This document shows, in pieces, positions 61,469 through 64,000 of a DNA stretch of 64,000 nucleotides. The stretch covers positions 2,880,001 through 2,944,000 of the forward strand of contig CBDBDQ010000005.1 of assembly GCA_965203905.1 (NCBI GenBank), in the 5' to 3' direction. Under the pieces are notes generated by a model. That model was not told where the DNA came from. It saw nothing but the letters and a program-made list of their open reading frames with translations, and searched no databases. This stretch comes from Spirochaetia bacterium (GTDB taxonomy: Bacteria > Spirochaetota > Spirochaetia > SZUA-6 > Bin103). The translations under genes were made by a program, and so were the position numbers. Positions within the stretch are counted from its first letter, which is position 1, and each line of letters begins with the position of its first letter.

Positions 61469-61789
61469 ACGAGCAACACCATGACCTACAAGGGGTATGC
61501 GGCCCGGATCGAGTATGACGACGACGGAATGTTTACGGGACGGATCGCAGGAATACGGGAAGGTGTGGGTTCCATGCCGATTCGGTGGAGGGCCTGAGAC
61601 AAGCCTTCCACGAAGCAGTCGAGGATTACCTCGCGATCTGCGCCAAGATAGGCAAGGAGCCCCCAGAAGGCGTACTCGGTCCGGGTTCCGTGTCAACCCG
61701 GAAACGCACCGCAAGGCTGCTCTGGCGGCTGAACTGTTCGGCAAGAGTCTGAACCTGGGCCGAAGAGGTGCCGGAGCGCGCCGCGGCTG
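61469..61789 (+). pseudogene. Decayed HicB-family antitoxin
   Basis: MTYKGYAARIEYD..FHEAVEDYL..PETHRKAA..KSLN split across frames. Confidence 0.75.
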
Positions 61790-61852
61790 AGGGGTAGGCG
61801 CCGATCTCAACGATCTCACGCCCACGAGTGTGCTTGCTTGGCGTCCCTTTCG

Positions 61853-61990
61853 CTATCGAAGCACGGTACGGAGCCGGTCGATGGCTGCCTGCAGTGTCTC
61901 GAGGGAGCGGCAGAGGGCGAATCGCAGGTAGCGCTCGCCCTGGCGTCCGGTAGTGTAGAAGTTGTCGCCCGGTACCGTGGCCACCCCAGC
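61853..61990 (-). pseudogene. Orphan C-terminus of a class I/II PLP aminotransferase
   Basis: GVATVPGDNFY..YLRFALCRS.ETL.AA.DRL. Confidence 0.65.
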
Positions 61991-63239
61991 CCGCAGGAGC
62001 CCTCGGCGGCAGACCGCGAGGGCTTCTGCCAACACCGTCGCGCTGCCCCTCATTTTCACATCGCCCTGATGCACAGCGGCAGAGGCCAAGTCGTAGGCGT
62101 TCCGCAGACTGTCCCAAACACGGCGCCTGTCAGCGGGGTCTTCGCCGACGAGCCACGCCCCCGACGCCGCAAGACGGAACTTCAACTCCTGCTGGGGTTT
62201 CTCGGGTAGGAACAACGATTCAAGCGCGATACGGAGATCCAATGAACCGATCAGGGCGCCTGCGAGTATTGTCTTTTGCCATTTTCCATCGAGACACAGC
62301 CACGCGAATGCGAGCGTCCGCACGATGCAGTTGTCCGACAAGAAACCCAAGATTCTCCGCTGAGACATCTCGGATACCCTCGACGTCCACTTCGATACGG
62401 CCTTCGCGAGTCTCAAGGTCTTTCGATTCGCCCTTGAAGTGCCGCAGATGGCCAAGCGATCCGCGACCACGTATCCTGTGCTTTGCGAGGGCGTAATACT
62501 CACCGTAGTCATCCCAGGTTAGCCCCCGATCGACAAACATGTCACATTCCAGCGACAACGCTTCGCGGATGGTTTCCAGCGTGACCTGCGGAATCAGCGA
62601 CGGCCGCAAGTACCCCGTCTTTGGGCTCGGGCTTGACGGTCGGAAAAGTGCGGGCCTCGTTTCAGCAGCGATTGAGATAAGACACTGACCCAAGTAGTCG
62701 GTTCGGGGCCTCCCATGGTGGACAGGCAACCCGCCTGGAAGTTCCTGGGTGGACAATGCAAGAGGAATGATGTCAACGCCCTCGATCGGAGACAGCCTCC
62801 GAGTCAACGTTATGGGGACAACGGTACAAGTACGGTAGTTCATCGGCGCTCCACCCACCCAATCTGCGATCAGCCCCGCCACCCGCTCACATCCAGTCAC
62901 CGCAGCGCATCTGGTCAGCGAATCGGCGAGTTCCTCGAACGAAGAATACTGGGCCTCGGTATACAATTCCTCCTTCTCGACTTTCACCACGCCCCCACGA
63001 TCGCCTCCCATTGGGAAAGCGTGGCCAACACTGTCAGTCGAGTGATCTATGTAATCGTGCAGGAGTCTTCGCAGTGCTTCTGCAAGGCCGTTCCGAGAAT
63101 TCCGTCTCCATTCGAACCATGGGTATGTGACCGCGCGCAACTGAGTTGTACTCCGATCTCGACCGTTCGTAGAGCTCGCGAAGGGCCTTAGCGTCGAGCG
63201 TCTCCTCCGGGCGGCCAGCGCAACTCGAGACGCTTCCAT
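61991..63239 (-). pseudogene. ApeA-like HEPN-domain protein, frameshift near 62240, start uncertain
   Basis: RW..DRFIDLRIALESLF..FRLA..YDLASAAVHQG. Confidence 0.65.
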
Positions 63240-63639
63240 CAGGATGCTCTATATCGACCCGTCCGAGATCGAATGTTGCGCTTGAGAGTGCCCGGCGGAG
63301 GGCTTTTTTCGAGATCTTCGCTGGTAACGGTCATTTGGCGACTCTTTGTAGAGGCCAGTTCAGTCGGTTCCGGAGTCATCGACAGTACACACGGGTCCGT
63401 GAAGTGTGATCACGACGCCGCAGTCGTGAGAGCATGTGAGTGGAGATTGAACCATCCACGTAGCGAAGGTGCGCATCGAAGACGCCGAAAAGCAAGAGCC
63501 TCCGAGGAGGGCCCGCTCCGTGCGGTCAAAACCGCAAGGGGTGTTGCCCAAACCTAATTGCACTCGCGCCCAAGATCAAGCTCGATAGAGGTTCGCCTCT
63601 ACGATTCGCGACGCGCGGTAGTCGTCTGTGGTTCGGCAA

Positions 63640-64000
63640 TCATGCCGAGGTGATCTTGCGTCGGGCGAATGTCACGCCGATGCCGACTGCCAGCGGCAGG
63701 AGGGCGAGGAGGATCAGGGCGCCGGCCGGTGAGGATCGGTTCAGCAGCCGGATGCGGCGCATCGAGCCATCGATGATGGCCCCGTGGCTGTCGATCAGCG
63801 CGACCCGGATGCGGGCGCCGTACCGTTCCAGGTCGATGTGAAACGCCGCCAGGCTCGGCTCGCGATCGACGTGCGTGCCCTCGGGGTCGAACGGGACGAT
63901 CCGGTATCCGTGTGAGGTGGCCCGCTCCTGCTCCACGAAGTAGGGAAGCTTGTCGATGGGCGTCATGGCCCCCGAGCCCAGAACGGCAATTCGGAGGTCG
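63640..64000 (-). CDS. Hypothetical protein 3' end with C-terminal membrane anchor (partial)
   Basis: High-GC frame ending in a hydrophobic helix plus RRK. Confidence 0.5.
   Translation of the reverse strand, partial: DLRIAVLGSGAMTPIDKLPYFVEQERATSHGYRIVPFDPEGTHVDREPSLAAFHIDLERYGARIRVALIDSHGAIIDGSMRRIRLLNRSSPAGALILLALLPLAVGIGVTFARRKITSA

Noticed and set aside
45916-63239. Classical tRNA-targeted integrative element
   Set aside because: No integrase and no duplicated tRNA 3' end found in the window; the tRNA 3' end faces away from the defence region.
63273-63557. Possible ORF or structured RNA
   Set aside because: No convincing coding signal or recognisable RNA family by eye.

Overview
High-GC bacterial chromosome segment. 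SBP leader style, ankyrin and TA content suggest a host-associated spirochaete-like MAG (inference only). Roughly 1-49 kb is catabolic/transport: trxB, sod, a three-GH32 sugar locus, tandem amidases, five ABC modules without ATPase subunits and oxidoreductases. It is interspersed with small toxin-antitoxin pairs (several toxins decayed), a MITE, IS remnants and tRNA-Asp. Roughly 49.6-63.3 kb is a lower-GC defence region: an N6-MTase plus PLD nuclease R-M pair, an ABC/AAA ATPase with a HEPN-like tail, a REase-NACHT protein and an ApeA-like HEPN gene. The most striking structure is that the first three defence cassettes each follow a separate copy (intact, heavily decayed, near-identical) of the same glycoside hydrolase-cupin gene, with no integrase in the window. 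Other inserts also lie next to duplicated or orphan gene 3' ends. Several single-base frameshifts may be long-read errors. All family calls come from motif recognition by eye, not database searches.
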